A stretch of 64,000 nt of DNA from contig CP122380.1 of assembly GCA_024650005.2 (NCBI GenBank), positions 960,001 to 1,024,000 of the forward strand. Reading direction: 5' to 3'. Below the pieces are notes generated by a model that searched no databases, had not been told where the DNA came from, and worked only from the letters and a program-made list of their open reading frames with translations. This document shows positions 50,354 to 59,551 of the stretch, in pieces. Both the position numbers and the translations under genes were made by a program. How positions within the stretch are numbered: position 1 is the first letter of the stretch; each line of letters starts with the position of its first letter. The DNA comes from Candidatus Bathyarchaeum tardum. Lineage in GTDB: Archaea; Thermoproteota; Bathyarchaeia; Bathyarchaeales; Bathyarchaeaceae.

Positions 50354-51224
50354 AAAATTTCTTTCTTTTTTGCTAACTTTGAATGAAAAACTTCCAAAGT
50401 TTTTAACCTCAAACCTAAATAGTTTGCAAAATGATTTGGCTAAAATTTCAAAAACTAGTTTTGAAGTTTATCTAGGTTTGCTTACATTTACAGTTCTAGT
50501 TGCAGGAATCACTACGTTTTCTGTTTCATTGATTATTATTGTATCGTTTTTATCTCTATTACAAGCATTGATTGTTTCAATTCTTCTAGGAATATGTGCA
50601 GGACTGATTTCCGTAGGTTCTTTCTATTTGTATGCAAACCTTAAGATTTATTCGACTGCCCGCAAGATTGATGTGAACCTTCCTTTGATCTCAAATTTTA
50701 TGGCAGTATTGGCAAATTCCGGGATGCCTCCCGAACGGATTTTGCGTTCCCTTGGCAATGTTGGAGATGAATTTGGAGTTGGTGAAGAAATCCGACGGGC
50801 AGTAGGAGATGTTGAACTTTTAGGAAAGGATCTAAAAGGTGCCCTAAGAAATGCTTCAGCAAGATCTTCTTCTTCAAAATTTGCATCGTTGCTTAACGGT
50901 GTAATTAGCACAGCCCATGTAGGGGGGGATTTAGACGCATTTTTAAGAGAAAAAGCAAACGTCTACATGAAAGCACGCAGGTTGTCAATGAAAAATTTCT
51001 TAGAGAATCTTAACAGCATTGCCGAAGTATATGTTAGTTTCATGATTGCTCTTCCCTTGACATTAATCATAATGCTTTCAGTAATGTCTTTTCTTGGAGG
51101 AGGAGTAGCTGTATTCGGAAACTTAGACCCATACATTCTCTTAATGATTTTAACTTTTATTATCACTCCTGCTGGGGTTTGCATACTCCTTCTAACAGTT
51201 GATTCCCTAACTCCGCCGAGGTGA
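50346..51224 (+). CDS. Type II secretion F family (TadC-like) platform protein
   Basis: TM segments and 'ID.NLP...MA.L..SG' T2SSF pattern. Confidence 0.85.
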   Translation: MNKKFLSFLLTLNEKLPKFLTSNLNSLQNDLAKISKTSFEVYLGLLTFTVLVAGITTFSVSLIIIVSFLSLLQALIVSILLGICAGLISVGSFYLYANLKIYSTARKIDVNLPLISNFMAVLANSGMPPERILRSLGNVGDEFGVGEEIRRAVGDVELLGKDLKGALRNASARSSSSKFASLLNGVISTAHVGGDLDAFLREKANVYMKARRLSMKNFLENLNSIAEVYVSFMIALPLTLIIMLSVMSFLGGGVAVFGNLDPYILLMILTFIITPAGVCILLLTVDSLTPPR

Positions 51225-51227
51225 ACT

Positions 51228-52088
51228 ATGTTGAGAAAAATTTCTTCCAAAATAAAAAAATTGACGTTTGCATTATCCGTTATAGTAGTCTTGGTTATTC
51301 TGGCATGGTCAGCAATTTTTGATGGCCAAATATTTTCTACTTACTCCAATGAAATTTTTCTTGTTTCCATTTTGATACTGTTAATACCTTCAGCGATATT
51401 GGATTATCATCATCAAAAATGGATAGACGGCATAGAAAACCAGATGCCGTTGCTGGTTCGAGGAATATCTGAATCTCAAGAAACTGGTTTAACAATCGTT
51501 AAAGCGTTTGAAAAAATTGCAGATAACAAACTAATAAGTGAACCATTAGCAAGTGAGGTAAAAAAAATTACTGTTCAAATGGCTTGGGGCACCTCATTTG
51601 AAGATGCGTTAATCAATTTTAAAGAAAGAGTAGGCTCCTCTATTGTAAATAGGTTCTGCGCCCTTGTTTTAGAAGCCAGCAATGCAGGAGGATCAATAAA
51701 AAAGGTTTTTACAGCAACTTCAGGTTTCATGGAAGAAATGAACGAAATGGACCGAGAAACTTCAACTCAGATGAAACCCTATATTCTTGTAATCTATGCC
51801 GCATTTGGGGTCTTTATTATAACTGCTGCTATTTTGGTGCAATCCTTTTTTTCCCCCCTTGAGGGTTTTCAAAGCATAATGAGTGATGTAGCAATAGGAA
51901 ATACCGATCAGTTTGCAGATTTCTTTTACAAAAACATGCTTGTTTCAGCAGTCTTTGGAGGTTTAATGGCTGGAAAACTAAGCACAAGAAGAATAATAGG
52001 TGGCCTTAAACATGGTGCTTTGCTCTCAGTTTTAGGCTATGCAATATTTTTGGTTTTAATTCCACCTACTTGGATGGTGTTAGCATGA
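51228..52088 (+). CDS. Type II secretion F family (TadB/C-like) platform protein
   Basis: 'IE.QMP...E..ETG', 'WG.SFEDAL', 'GLMAGKL...GLKH'. Confidence 0.85.
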   Translation: MLRKISSKIKKLTFALSVIVVLVILAWSAIFDGQIFSTYSNEIFLVSILILLIPSAILDYHHQKWIDGIENQMPLLVRGISESQETGLTIVKAFEKIADNKLISEPLASEVKKITVQMAWGTSFEDALINFKERVGSSIVNRFCALVLEASNAGGSIKKVFTATSGFMEEMNEMDRETSTQMKPYILVIYAAFGVFIITAAILVQSFFSPLEGFQSIMSDVAIGNTDQFADFFYKNMLVSAVFGGLMAGKLSTRRIIGGLKHGALLSVLGYAIFLVLIPPTWMVLA

Positions 52089-52519
52089 TTCGTTTATTTA
52101 AAAACAAAAAAGCTGTTTCAAATGTTGTTTCAGCAATGATGATGGTTTTGATAGTAATGATTGGAATGAGTGGAGTATTCGCATATTTTGTAAATTACTC
52201 TCGAGACTATCAAATTGGAGCTGGAAGTTCTGTGTTGGAATCTATAACAGTTGAAGATGTTTGGTTTAGAACATTAAATTCAGAAACGGTTTGTGATATA
52301 TGGGTTTACAATTTCGGAAAAATTGATGTGACAATTTCTGATGTTTATGTTGAAAACGTAAGATTGGGCTTATCCGAGCGCCTAACTATTGAGGTTGGCG
52401 GTCACGGAAATATAATTTTGCAATCATCAAGCCTTACATTTGCTCAAGGCGAAAGTTACCTGTTCAAAATTGTAACCGAAAGAGGCACATCTTTTGAGGG
52501 GACCTACACATGGTGGTAA
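52085..52519 (+). CDS. Archaeal type IV pilin
   Basis: Class III signal peptide KNKKA/VSNVVS, hydrophobic helix, 'YN.G', 'VTERG'. Confidence 0.85.
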   Translation: MIRLFKNKKAVSNVVSAMMMVLIVMIGMSGVFAYFVNYSRDYQIGAGSSVLESITVEDVWFRTLNSETVCDIWVYNFGKIDVTISDVYVENVRLGLSERLTIEVGGHGNIILQSSSLTFAQGESYLFKIVTERGTSFEGTYTWW

Positions 52520-52959
52520 AAAAATTACAAAAAAAATTATCAATGTTCAAAAATTGTCGCAAAGGTACAGCTGAAGTTGTAGGAACAGTGCTGTTTTTGG
52601 TAATAGTCTTTTTTGTCTTTACCAACATATATCTATGGCATGATACCGCAACGCGTGAAATGAACACAATTCACTTTGAAAAGATGAATTCACCTTTATC
52701 CGTCAGGTTAATCCCTGATGAATCAAACCCCACAGGATTAGAAGTAACAAATAATGGCGGTGTTGAAGCAGGGTTATCCCGTGTTTGGATAATCAGTGAT
52801 ACAAATCATTATCCTATAGATTTAAATTTAAGAATCGCACGTGGAGCAAAAATTGTGTTACAATTTTCAACGTTGGGGATTTCAACTCCAACCCAAAAAA
52901 CAACATACAATATTCTTACAACATTAGGTAACATGGCTGCATGCACATATTATCCCTGA
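52510..52959 (+). CDS. Archaeal minor pilin-like protein
   Basis: RKG/TAEVVGTVL signal, 'N.GG', 'TTLGN'. Confidence 0.75.
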   Translation: MVVKKLQKKLSMFKNCRKGTAEVVGTVLFLVIVFFVFTNIYLWHDTATREMNTIHFEKMNSPLSVRLIPDESNPTGLEVTNNGGVEAGLSRVWIISDTNHYPIDLNLRIARGAKIVLQFSTLGISTPTQKTTYNILTTLGNMAACTYYP

Positions 52960-52968
52960 AGATAAATC

Positions 52969-54120
52969 CTATTTTTTAGAAACTTTTCTTAAGCTAACAT
53001 ATGAAACTGGTTGTTGACTATCGGAAATGACCATCCATTGGTTGGGTTGAAGTTCTGTTATTTTAGTTGCTTCTTTAGGGGATATCCTCAAAAGATAATC
53101 AAGGTACTTGTCATCATTTGTCCTACCTATTATTTGGGTGCTCATTTGTACAATAATATTTGTGCCCAGTGCAGATGGCTGTTTGCATATTAGTATTATT
53201 GCAATTCCATATTTTGTTCCTTCATAAACGATTTGTTCTAAGGCTACTGAATCGATTTTTTCTGGATTTTCAATAAACAACGTGAAATTTGGCAATTTCC
53301 CTTCAAGTTTAGCGTTCCAAAGAAACTGAAGATATTTTGAATAAATTTTTCTTTTCTTTTCAGGAGTTAACTTTTTTGTGGTTACTACAACTATCTTTTT
53401 GGATTCAATTTTTGATAATATTTCAAGTTTGATTTCTTTAGCTTCTGTTAAATTAACGATTTCACAACTTTTGTTCTGGGAAACAACATTTTCGTATTCG
53501 CCATAAGGGTCAAAAATGATTAGGGGTTGATCGGTTTTTTTATTGATTTCTTCAGCAAGAATTGTTGCTGCTTTATTTTTTCCAAAGGTGTCCATCGAGG
53601 ATATCAATGAATGAGAGTTAACAAAATTTGTAAAATCCAAATAGTATTCGATTGTTTTGCTATCTTCTTTCTGGTTTATTGCTTTAAAAATGGATTCTCC
53701 TAACTGTAAAGGAATTTTGAAAGGAATGCCATGGAGATTAACGTTAAAGACTTTGACCAGAAAATCAGAATATATTAAATGAACTCGGCTTCCAGGATTA
53801 GGGGGCGTATTTAGTTCAATAATTTTGTTTGTTTCATCTTTAGTGTTTATGTATCCAATTATTTTGGTCACTGCCATCATTCTTCCAACCTTTACGCCGA
53901 TTGTCCCTCCTGCTACTTGTTCGTAGCATCTGATTTCTGTGATAATTCCTAGAATTTGCGAAGAACTGCCCTTTGTTGGGTGATCAACACATACGTAATC
54001 GTTTTTTTCTGCATGTACCCTATCTTTTAATGGGCTTATTATAAAACTAAATTGAGTTGTGTTTGTATCATTAATTACCATGCCAATGTTTTCTTTCATT
54101 CTGATTTTTGATAGGTCCAA
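52969..54120 (-). CDS. HerA/VirB4-like protein (HAS barrel plus degenerate ATPase)
   Basis: HAS barrel ending PP.PGS.V and IIFDPYGEY. Walker A reads SMDTFGKN and Walker B reads LFIENPE. Confidence 0.7.
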   Translation of the reverse strand: MDLSKIRMKENIGMVINDTNTTQFSFIISPLKDRVHAEKNDYVCVDHPTKGSSSQILGIITEIRCYEQVAGGTIGVKVGRMMAVTKIIGYINTKDETNKIIELNTPPNPGSRVHLIYSDFLVKVFNVNLHGIPFKIPLQLGESIFKAINQKEDSKTIEYYLDFTNFVNSHSLISSMDTFGKNKAATILAEEINKKTDQPLIIFDPYGEYENVVSQNKSCEIVNLTEAKEIKLEILSKIESKKIVVVTTKKLTPEKKRKIYSKYLQFLWNAKLEGKLPNFTLFIENPEKIDSVALEQIVYEGTKYGIAIILICKQPSALGTNIIVQMSTQIIGRTNDDKYLDYLLRISPKEATKITELQPNQWMVISDSQQPVSYVSLRKVSKK

Positions 54121-54323
54121 GCTAAAATCTCCAAAGTAACCTTAAATAACAACGGAACTGCAAGCAATCAGTATTGAGTTTATACTGTCAAGTAAAAAAC
54201 TTATTAAGCTTGAATCCTGATTAAGACAAACTCAAAAATTATTCAAGTAAACGGTACTCAATTGCCTTGCTAACTAGTAATTGGTTATAGAAAAAATTAC
54301 TAAAAATTTTTGATTTGTTTTCT

Positions 54324-54379
54324 ATAAACAGCGTCCTCCTGTTATTATATATGACTTTTTGAAGCATTTTATAGTGTTA
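54324..54379 (+). promoter_or_regulatory. Pilus promoter repeat copy 2
   Basis: Homologous to 48383-48438, contains TTATATAT, lies directly upstream of the large pilin. Confidence 0.65.
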
Positions 54380-54416
54380 TAAAATCGTTAATGAACGAAA
54401 AAAAGAGGAAAACAAA

Positions 54417-55496
54417 ATGAGAAAAATAACAAAAATTAGACGTTCTGTTAAAGCCGTTTCTCCCGTAATTTCAGTTCTTCTCATGATCGCAATTGCTGTC
54501 TCTGCTGCCTTAGTAGCTTTTGCTTGGGTATCAGGATACCTAGACTTTACTACCGCAAAAATTGGAAAACAAATACAAGTACAAAGCGTCGCCACAGACT
54601 TTGCATATGTACAAAACACAGGAGACTCCAACGTCTTACTTGTAGACTTGTACGTAAATGGTGAACGAGACCCCGGAGCAAGATTTGAACCTGATGAAAT
54701 TGGGCCTTCAGAAACATCCAAGGTCATTCCCTCAATCATATGGGAAGACGACCCAAGAGTGACAATAAAAATCGTCACCTCAGACGGATTATCAACTGAA
54801 CACAAAAAAACATTCACAACAGCAACAGGAACAGGCGGTACAACTACACCACCTCCAACAGTAGCTCAAATTTCATCAACTACAACAGGTTTCAGTGGAG
54901 TCCAACCCGGAGACTTGCTTGTAGTAATGGCTACCACACGCGGTGGAACCCCAGGTACTTGGACAACTGGGGAACTTACAGCATCAGCTGATCAAGGCTT
55001 TGGTGCTGCAGTAGAAGTGGCATCATTCAAAACGGTCACTAATACTGCTGACCGTCGTGCTGTCGCTATCTTCGTTAAAACAGCTACTGGTTCAGAATTG
55101 GATGACGTCACCGTTACTTGGGGCGGTTCTGGTGTAACAACTAGTGTTATCGGATATCAGATTTTTAGGTCAGATGGTGGTGCTGACACTATTTGGACGG
55201 TAGGTTCACATGATTCTAACGATGGCATTGCAGACAAGGTCAGTGTTTTGACCATTCCAACTATTTCCCTGTCTGGAGGTAGCACAGCTAATATCCTATC
55301 TATAGGTGCAATTGTAGGACGAGATGGTCCAAGCTCTGCAACCTTTACTAATCTACCTCTAGGTTCAACCTCCTTTGACAGCACTGCTCCCTGTTTTACT
55401 GCTTACAACTATGATCTGCCTGTTACTACAACCACTGCGTATTTGGATTCTGAGTACCATGTAAGTGGTTTACTTGTCCAGATACAAGTAAAATGA
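54417..55496 (+). CDS. Type IV pilin with Thr/Pro linker and extra C-terminal beta domain
   Basis: RRSVKA/VSPVISVLL class III signal, pilin domain, TGTGGTTTPPP linker, then an approximately 210-aa Thr/Ser/Gly-rich domain. Confidence 0.85.
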   Translation: MRKITKIRRSVKAVSPVISVLLMIAIAVSAALVAFAWVSGYLDFTTAKIGKQIQVQSVATDFAYVQNTGDSNVLLVDLYVNGERDPGARFEPDEIGPSETSKVIPSIIWEDDPRVTIKIVTSDGLSTEHKKTFTTATGTGGTTTPPPTVAQISSTTTGFSGVQPGDLLVVMATTRGGTPGTWTTGELTASADQGFGAAVEVASFKTVTNTADRRAVAIFVKTATGSELDDVTVTWGGSGVTTSVIGYQIFRSDGGADTIWTVGSHDSNDGIADKVSVLTIPTISLSGGSTANILSIGAIVGRDGPSSATFTNLPLGSTSFDSTAPCFTAYNYDLPVTTTTAYLDSEYHVSGLLVQIQVK

Positions 55497-55761
55497 TAAC
55501 TAATGTTGAGTGGATCTGAAACGGTAGCAGTTAATTGGCAAAAACTGCCAACTTTTCCCTTCTTTTTTTTTTTAAAAAAAATATTATCAAAAAACAATAA
55601 TCACTAGATATCCTAACAATTTTATTAATAATTCAAACTATTTACCCTAATATCCATAGTTGTAAACCAGGATTGACCCCCTAGTTTCTTCTTTTGATTA
55701 ATGTAATAAATAAAATCAACAGTGTTATCTACTTGTCATGTATAAAAAGAAGAGAATAATT

Positions 55762-55899
55762 ATGCCTGACCCAACTGTTGATGACCTTCAAAAACAAGTA
55801 ACAGAACTTAAAATGCGTGTTGATATGTTAGAAAAGATTGTTTTTCAGTTGGCGAAGGAGCCAAAAAAGGATGGTCGTGATTGGGTCAAACAAATTTAA
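55762..55899 (+). CDS. 45-aa coiled-coil microprotein (not in ORF track)
   Basis: MPDPTVDDLQKQVTELKMRVDMLEKIVFQLAKEPKKDGRDWVKQI. Confidence 0.6.
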   Translation: MPDPTVDDLQKQVTELKMRVDMLEKIVFQLAKEPKKDGRDWVKQI

Positions 55900-55917
55900 T
55901 CAAATGGTGGGCTTGTT

Positions 55918-56070
55918 TTGGTTGAACGCAAATGTGAATCCTGTGGAGTTCCGTTGGGGGATGAGGACGTTATGAAAATTGTTTTGGAAGATGGATCTTG
56001 TGAAGTATTTCCATTTACGAAATGTCCGAAATGTTTTGCTGAAGAATTAGGCAAAAAGGCTCGAAGCTGA
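55918..56070 (+). CDS. 50-aa C4 zinc-finger microprotein (not in ORF track)
   Basis: MVERKCESCG...CPKCFAEE...; TTG start after GGTGGG. Confidence 0.65.
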   Translation: MVERKCESCGVPLGDEDVMKIVLEDGSCEVFPFTKCPKCFAEELGKKARS

Positions 56071-56144
56071 TTGTTTCGTAGTTTTTTAGGTTTATTAACT
56101 TGTAATCACCAAAAGATACTGAAGATACTACTTGACCATATTTA

Positions 56145-56660
56145 TTGAGGTGTACAGGGACGAAAAAACTTGAGTTTGAACCAGTTCAATTTTTGCATAA
56201 CAACTGGATTGAATACAGCAACAAACATGACATAAACAAAGAGTCAGAAACACTGATTCCATTGCTTGATGACTCTTCACCGGTTATGCGAACTCAAGAC
56301 CAAATCTTGGATGCAATTTACAACGCAGCAGTAACAGTTTTAGAATCAAGCCCAGAAATAGACGGCGAACAAAAAACCCGCGCCTTGTATTTACAGTATA
56401 ATCTTTGCACTTGTGATGAATGCCAAAAAGACTGTGCAACCCATATCAACAAAAAAGGGCAGATACGAATTTCTCAACAGTTTTTCCAAAACACGTTACA
56501 GTCTTCACCCCCTGCAGGAATCATGGAAGTAATTTACACTATACTCCACCAACTGTTGCATGGAATTTTCCCAGAATTTGACGAGGAACAAATTTCCGAC
56601 AAAACGCAACAAGTCTGGAACAGCGGCATGGCTGAATTAGCTAAAGAAAAAATAAACTAA
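56145..56660 (+). CDS. Zincin-like protein with HQLLH and a CxCxxCxxxC cluster
   Basis: 'GQIRIS...TILHQLLH...DEEQI'; CTCDECQKDC. Confidence 0.65.
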   Translation: MRCTGTKKLEFEPVQFLHNNWIEYSNKHDINKESETLIPLLDDSSPVMRTQDQILDAIYNAAVTVLESSPEIDGEQKTRALYLQYNLCTCDECQKDCATHINKKGQIRISQQFFQNTLQSSPPAGIMEVIYTILHQLLHGIFPEFDEEQISDKTQQVWNSGMAELAKEKIN

Positions 56661-56672
56661 AAAAAATAAAGT

Positions 56673-57722
56673 TTAAGCGGTTGAACCAACAAGGCGTTTT
56701 CTGTAAACTGCAACCGCTATTAGTGACGAAACCAGAAACAAAGACATAAGCAACACTGCAGAAAACTCGGGTATTGTTTCAGTGCCAGTAATTTCAATTG
56801 TGTGGACGCTGTGAACGTAACTAATGTCAAAAATTTGATGGGTTCCATTCCCTGTTTGGGTATAATCATTTCCTGCTGTTAGGCCATGATCGTCCATGGT
56901 TAACGTGAAACTTCCTGAAAGTAAACTTTCGGGAACTGCAACTTTACAGGAACCAATGGTTCCAGTTTTGCCGGACACTTGCAAACGTAACTGTTTTTCG
57001 TCTTGTTTGAACTCAAAACCCAAAAGGTTTGAGTTACTGTTCACTGAAACAGGATAATCTTCGCTGTCAATTAAAGGATAAAAAACTTGTTCCAGACCGA
57101 CTCGGCTGAAATGAAGGGTCAACGCTTCAGTTATTTCATTATCTGTAACTTCGGCACCGCTTCTTGTGTATTTTAGAAGCAAACCAGTGGATTTTTCCCA
57201 GTAATAACTGTCAGAGCATTCTTGGTCGTCTATGGTGTAACTGAAACTAAGCTGGACCGCTTCTACTGTTGAGTCTCCGTCCTTTAAGTAAACGGTGTTT
57301 GTTACTGTTGGCGCGTTATCAGTGCTTCCACTTTCGTCGGTCCAGCCTGGATATATCAAACTGCCGGTGCTAAGACCTGCAGGAATAACAACAAAATAAG
57401 CGGTTCCATATCCAGTGTTTAAATCGATCCAAGAAGTTCCAGTGCTGGTTGTTCCATTCATAAAGTCTCGATCATATTTGATGGTGACGTTGGTTCCGGA
57501 GATTTGTTGAACCGTTATTGTTTCAAGATAACTAGCAGTAAAGGGCAAAGATAACGTTAAGTCTCCGCTGCTGTCGCGTTTGGTTCCACTAGCTGCGGAG
57601 ACATAATCGTAACTTAGTCCAACTGTTACGCCAACGTTTGCGTCAGCCAAACATGAAATTACGCCTGAAAACAGTGAAGCAACAAGCACAAAAGTTAAGG
57701 ATAAAACAATTTTTCTGTTCAT
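56673..57722 (-). CDS. Secreted surface protein with PEF-CTERM-like sorting signal
   Basis: Signal peptide MNRKIV..., 'YWEKSTGLL', C-terminal IPEF followed by TM and RKR. Confidence 0.85.
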   Translation of the reverse strand: MNRKIVLSLTFVLVASLFSGVISCLADANVGVTVGLSYDYVSAASGTKRDSSGDLTLSLPFTASYLETITVQQISGTNVTIKYDRDFMNGTTSTGTSWIDLNTGYGTAYFVVIPAGLSTGSLIYPGWTDESGSTDNAPTVTNTVYLKDGDSTVEAVQLSFSYTIDDQECSDSYYWEKSTGLLLKYTRSGAEVTDNEITEALTLHFSRVGLEQVFYPLIDSEDYPVSVNSNSNLLGFEFKQDEKQLRLQVSGKTGTIGSCKVAVPESLLSGSFTLTMDDHGLTAGNDYTQTGNGTHQIFDISYVHSVHTIEITGTETIPEFSAVLLMSLFLVSSLIAVAVYRKRLVGSTA

Positions 57723-57879
57723 AACACACCAACAAATCTTAAGTTTACTTTGATACTGACTCAACTGGTGAACAACTAAGATATAATTATTTTTCAAAAT
57801 CACGTAAACAAATTTTCCAAAACAACCTAAAAACCTAAAAAGTTTAAAGACCCCCAAACAAATATCAACAGGACACAAC

Positions 57880-58059
57880 ATGCAATGCATATTTTTCCGA
57901 AACGACATCTGTTACGCAAATCCGCAGATTCCGGCACTGCTTGGAAAATACCAACCCGAAAAACAAGTCATAGATAAATACTGCAAAACAGAAAACTTTC
58001 CCTGTTGCCCCCGACTAAAAGCGACTTTAGAATACTTCAAAGCAGTAAACGGGGAATAA
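57880..58059 (+). CDS. 59-aa Cys-rich microprotein (not in ORF track)
   Basis: MQCIFFRNDICYA...KYCKTENFPCCPRL...; TTTAAA box about 35 nt upstream. Confidence 0.6.
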   Translation: MQCIFFRNDICYANPQIPALLGKYQPEKQVIDKYCKTENFPCCPRLKATLEYFKAVNGE

Positions 58060-58130
58060 CAAACTAAAACCGTCCATAATCCTTATCTTGCCCGCAAATC
58101 ATGTGCAAAGAATCCGCAAAGGTGCTTGTA

Positions 58131-59093
58131 ATGGGAAACTTGACAGTTGCAGTTCTAGGAAAACAAGGATTCAGTAGTAACTTTGGCAAAAAAGGGACCT
58201 CAACTGACATTACACTTTATAACCTAAAAAAAGGCGAAAACACGGTAACATTTATTGAACCTACACGTTACCCTGACCGATTGGCACCTTTGTTTTATTC
58301 TTGTTCAATGGCTACAAAAGCAATCGTTATTGTCGAAGAATTAACTGCTACCCTTGGAGAACAACTTGTAATGCTCCAATGCTGCGGAATAAAAAACGGC
58401 TACTTTGTTTTAAAAAATTACATACCCCCTGAAAAAATGCAACCTTTAGTAAAAGGCACAATCCTTGTAAACTACAAATTTGTAGAAGATGAACCAAGCC
58501 TAATCCGCGAAGAACTAGAACACGAAGCAACACTAATCCAAACATCCGACAAAGAACAAAACTTCGGAACAGTACCTGTAGACCATGCTTTCAATGTAAA
58601 AGGCATAGGCGCAGTAATTCTGGGGCTAGTTGCAAACGGAGCAATCAACATACATGACACCCTAAATGTGCTTCCGGGAACTAAAACCACACAGATTAGG
58701 TCCATTCAAAAACATGACGACAACTTTAATTCCGCTAACGAAACGGACCGTGTTGGATTAGCCCTTAAAAACATCAAAATTGACGACGTCGACAGAGGCA
58801 CCGTGCTAACAAATGACCCCAAAATCAAAACAACAAAAACAATAACCGCTCAAGCATCTTTAGTCAAATACTGGAATGCTCCAGTAAAAACCGGAATGGT
58901 GTTGCACATTGGACACTGGATGCAAGTTTTAAACTGCACCATTGAATCTGTTAACAGTCAACCCAACTCGCGCAATCCAACTTTAACCTTGAGTTTGGAC
59001 AAAGAAATTGTTTATTGTCCAAATGACAACGCAGTTTTGATGTATCTGGAAGGCGGAAAATTGAGAGTCATGGGAACAATACAATTGCCCTGA
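58131..59093 (+). CDS. Archaeal SelB-like protein (aSelBL; EF-Tu domain II/III with degenerate G domain)
   Basis: GKKGTSTDITLYN, P.RYPDR, VDHAFNVKGIG.VILG, IRSIQ.HD, RVGLALK; no intact GxxxxGK/NKxD. Confidence 0.85.
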   Translation: MGNLTVAVLGKQGFSSNFGKKGTSTDITLYNLKKGENTVTFIEPTRYPDRLAPLFYSCSMATKAIVIVEELTATLGEQLVMLQCCGIKNGYFVLKNYIPPEKMQPLVKGTILVNYKFVEDEPSLIREELEHEATLIQTSDKEQNFGTVPVDHAFNVKGIGAVILGLVANGAINIHDTLNVLPGTKTTQIRSIQKHDDNFNSANETDRVGLALKNIKIDDVDRGTVLTNDPKIKTTKTITAQASLVKYWNAPVKTGMVLHIGHWMQVLNCTIESVNSQPNSRNPTLTLSLDKEIVYCPNDNAVLMYLEGGKLRVMGTIQLP

Positions 59094-59098
59094 CCCGA

Positions 59099-59551
59099 CT
59101 AAATTAAAGGTTTAACCTTTTTTTCCATTAACAATCCATCCAGTCCTTTACCGTAGAAGTTTTTCTTAACTTTTTGTTCTACCAATCCCAAATTTTTGTA
59201 AAGCCCAATAGCGGTATCGTTATTTATTCTAACATCTAACCGAAGTTTTGCAATGCCTTTTTCTCGACACTTGGACTCTAAAATTTCTAGCAGCTCCTTG
59301 GCAACACCTTGATTTCTGTTTTTGGGATGAACAGCAATCGACAGAATATAACCAAAACTTGGGGCACAGGTCAAAATCGCGTAACCAACTATTGAATCAA
59401 AAGAGTCTTCAGCAACAAAAAAACTATCCGCGAATCTGTGCAAATAATGCAGAAACTGAGTTTCAGGAAAAACTTCAGACATATCAAAAGAAGCCTGTTC
59501 TATTTCCATTATTCCTGGCAGGTCGTCTTTTGTTGCAGTTCTGATATTCAA
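59099..59551 (-). CDS. RimI-like GNAT N-acetyltransferase
   Basis: SIAVHP..R.QG.A, L.VR..N..AI.LY..LG. Confidence 0.9.
   Translation of the reverse strand: MNIRTATKDDLPGIMEIEQASFDMSEVFPETQFLHYLHRFADSFFVAEDSFDSIVGYAILTCAPSFGYILSIAVHPKNRNQGVAKELLEILESKCREKGIAKLRLDVRINNDTAIGLYKNLGLVEQKVKKNFYGKGLDGLLMEKKVKPLI

Noticed and set aside
47559-52959. Archaellum (arlH/I/J) operon
   Set aside because: It has two separate TadB/C-type genes instead of one ArlJ and no ArlF/G, and the KaiC-like gene is divergent. A pilus fits better.
58131-59093. Selenocysteine machinery (true SelB)
   Set aside because: The G-domain motifs are missing, and no tRNA-Sec, selD or in-frame TGA selenoprotein was seen in the window. 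aSelBL fits better.
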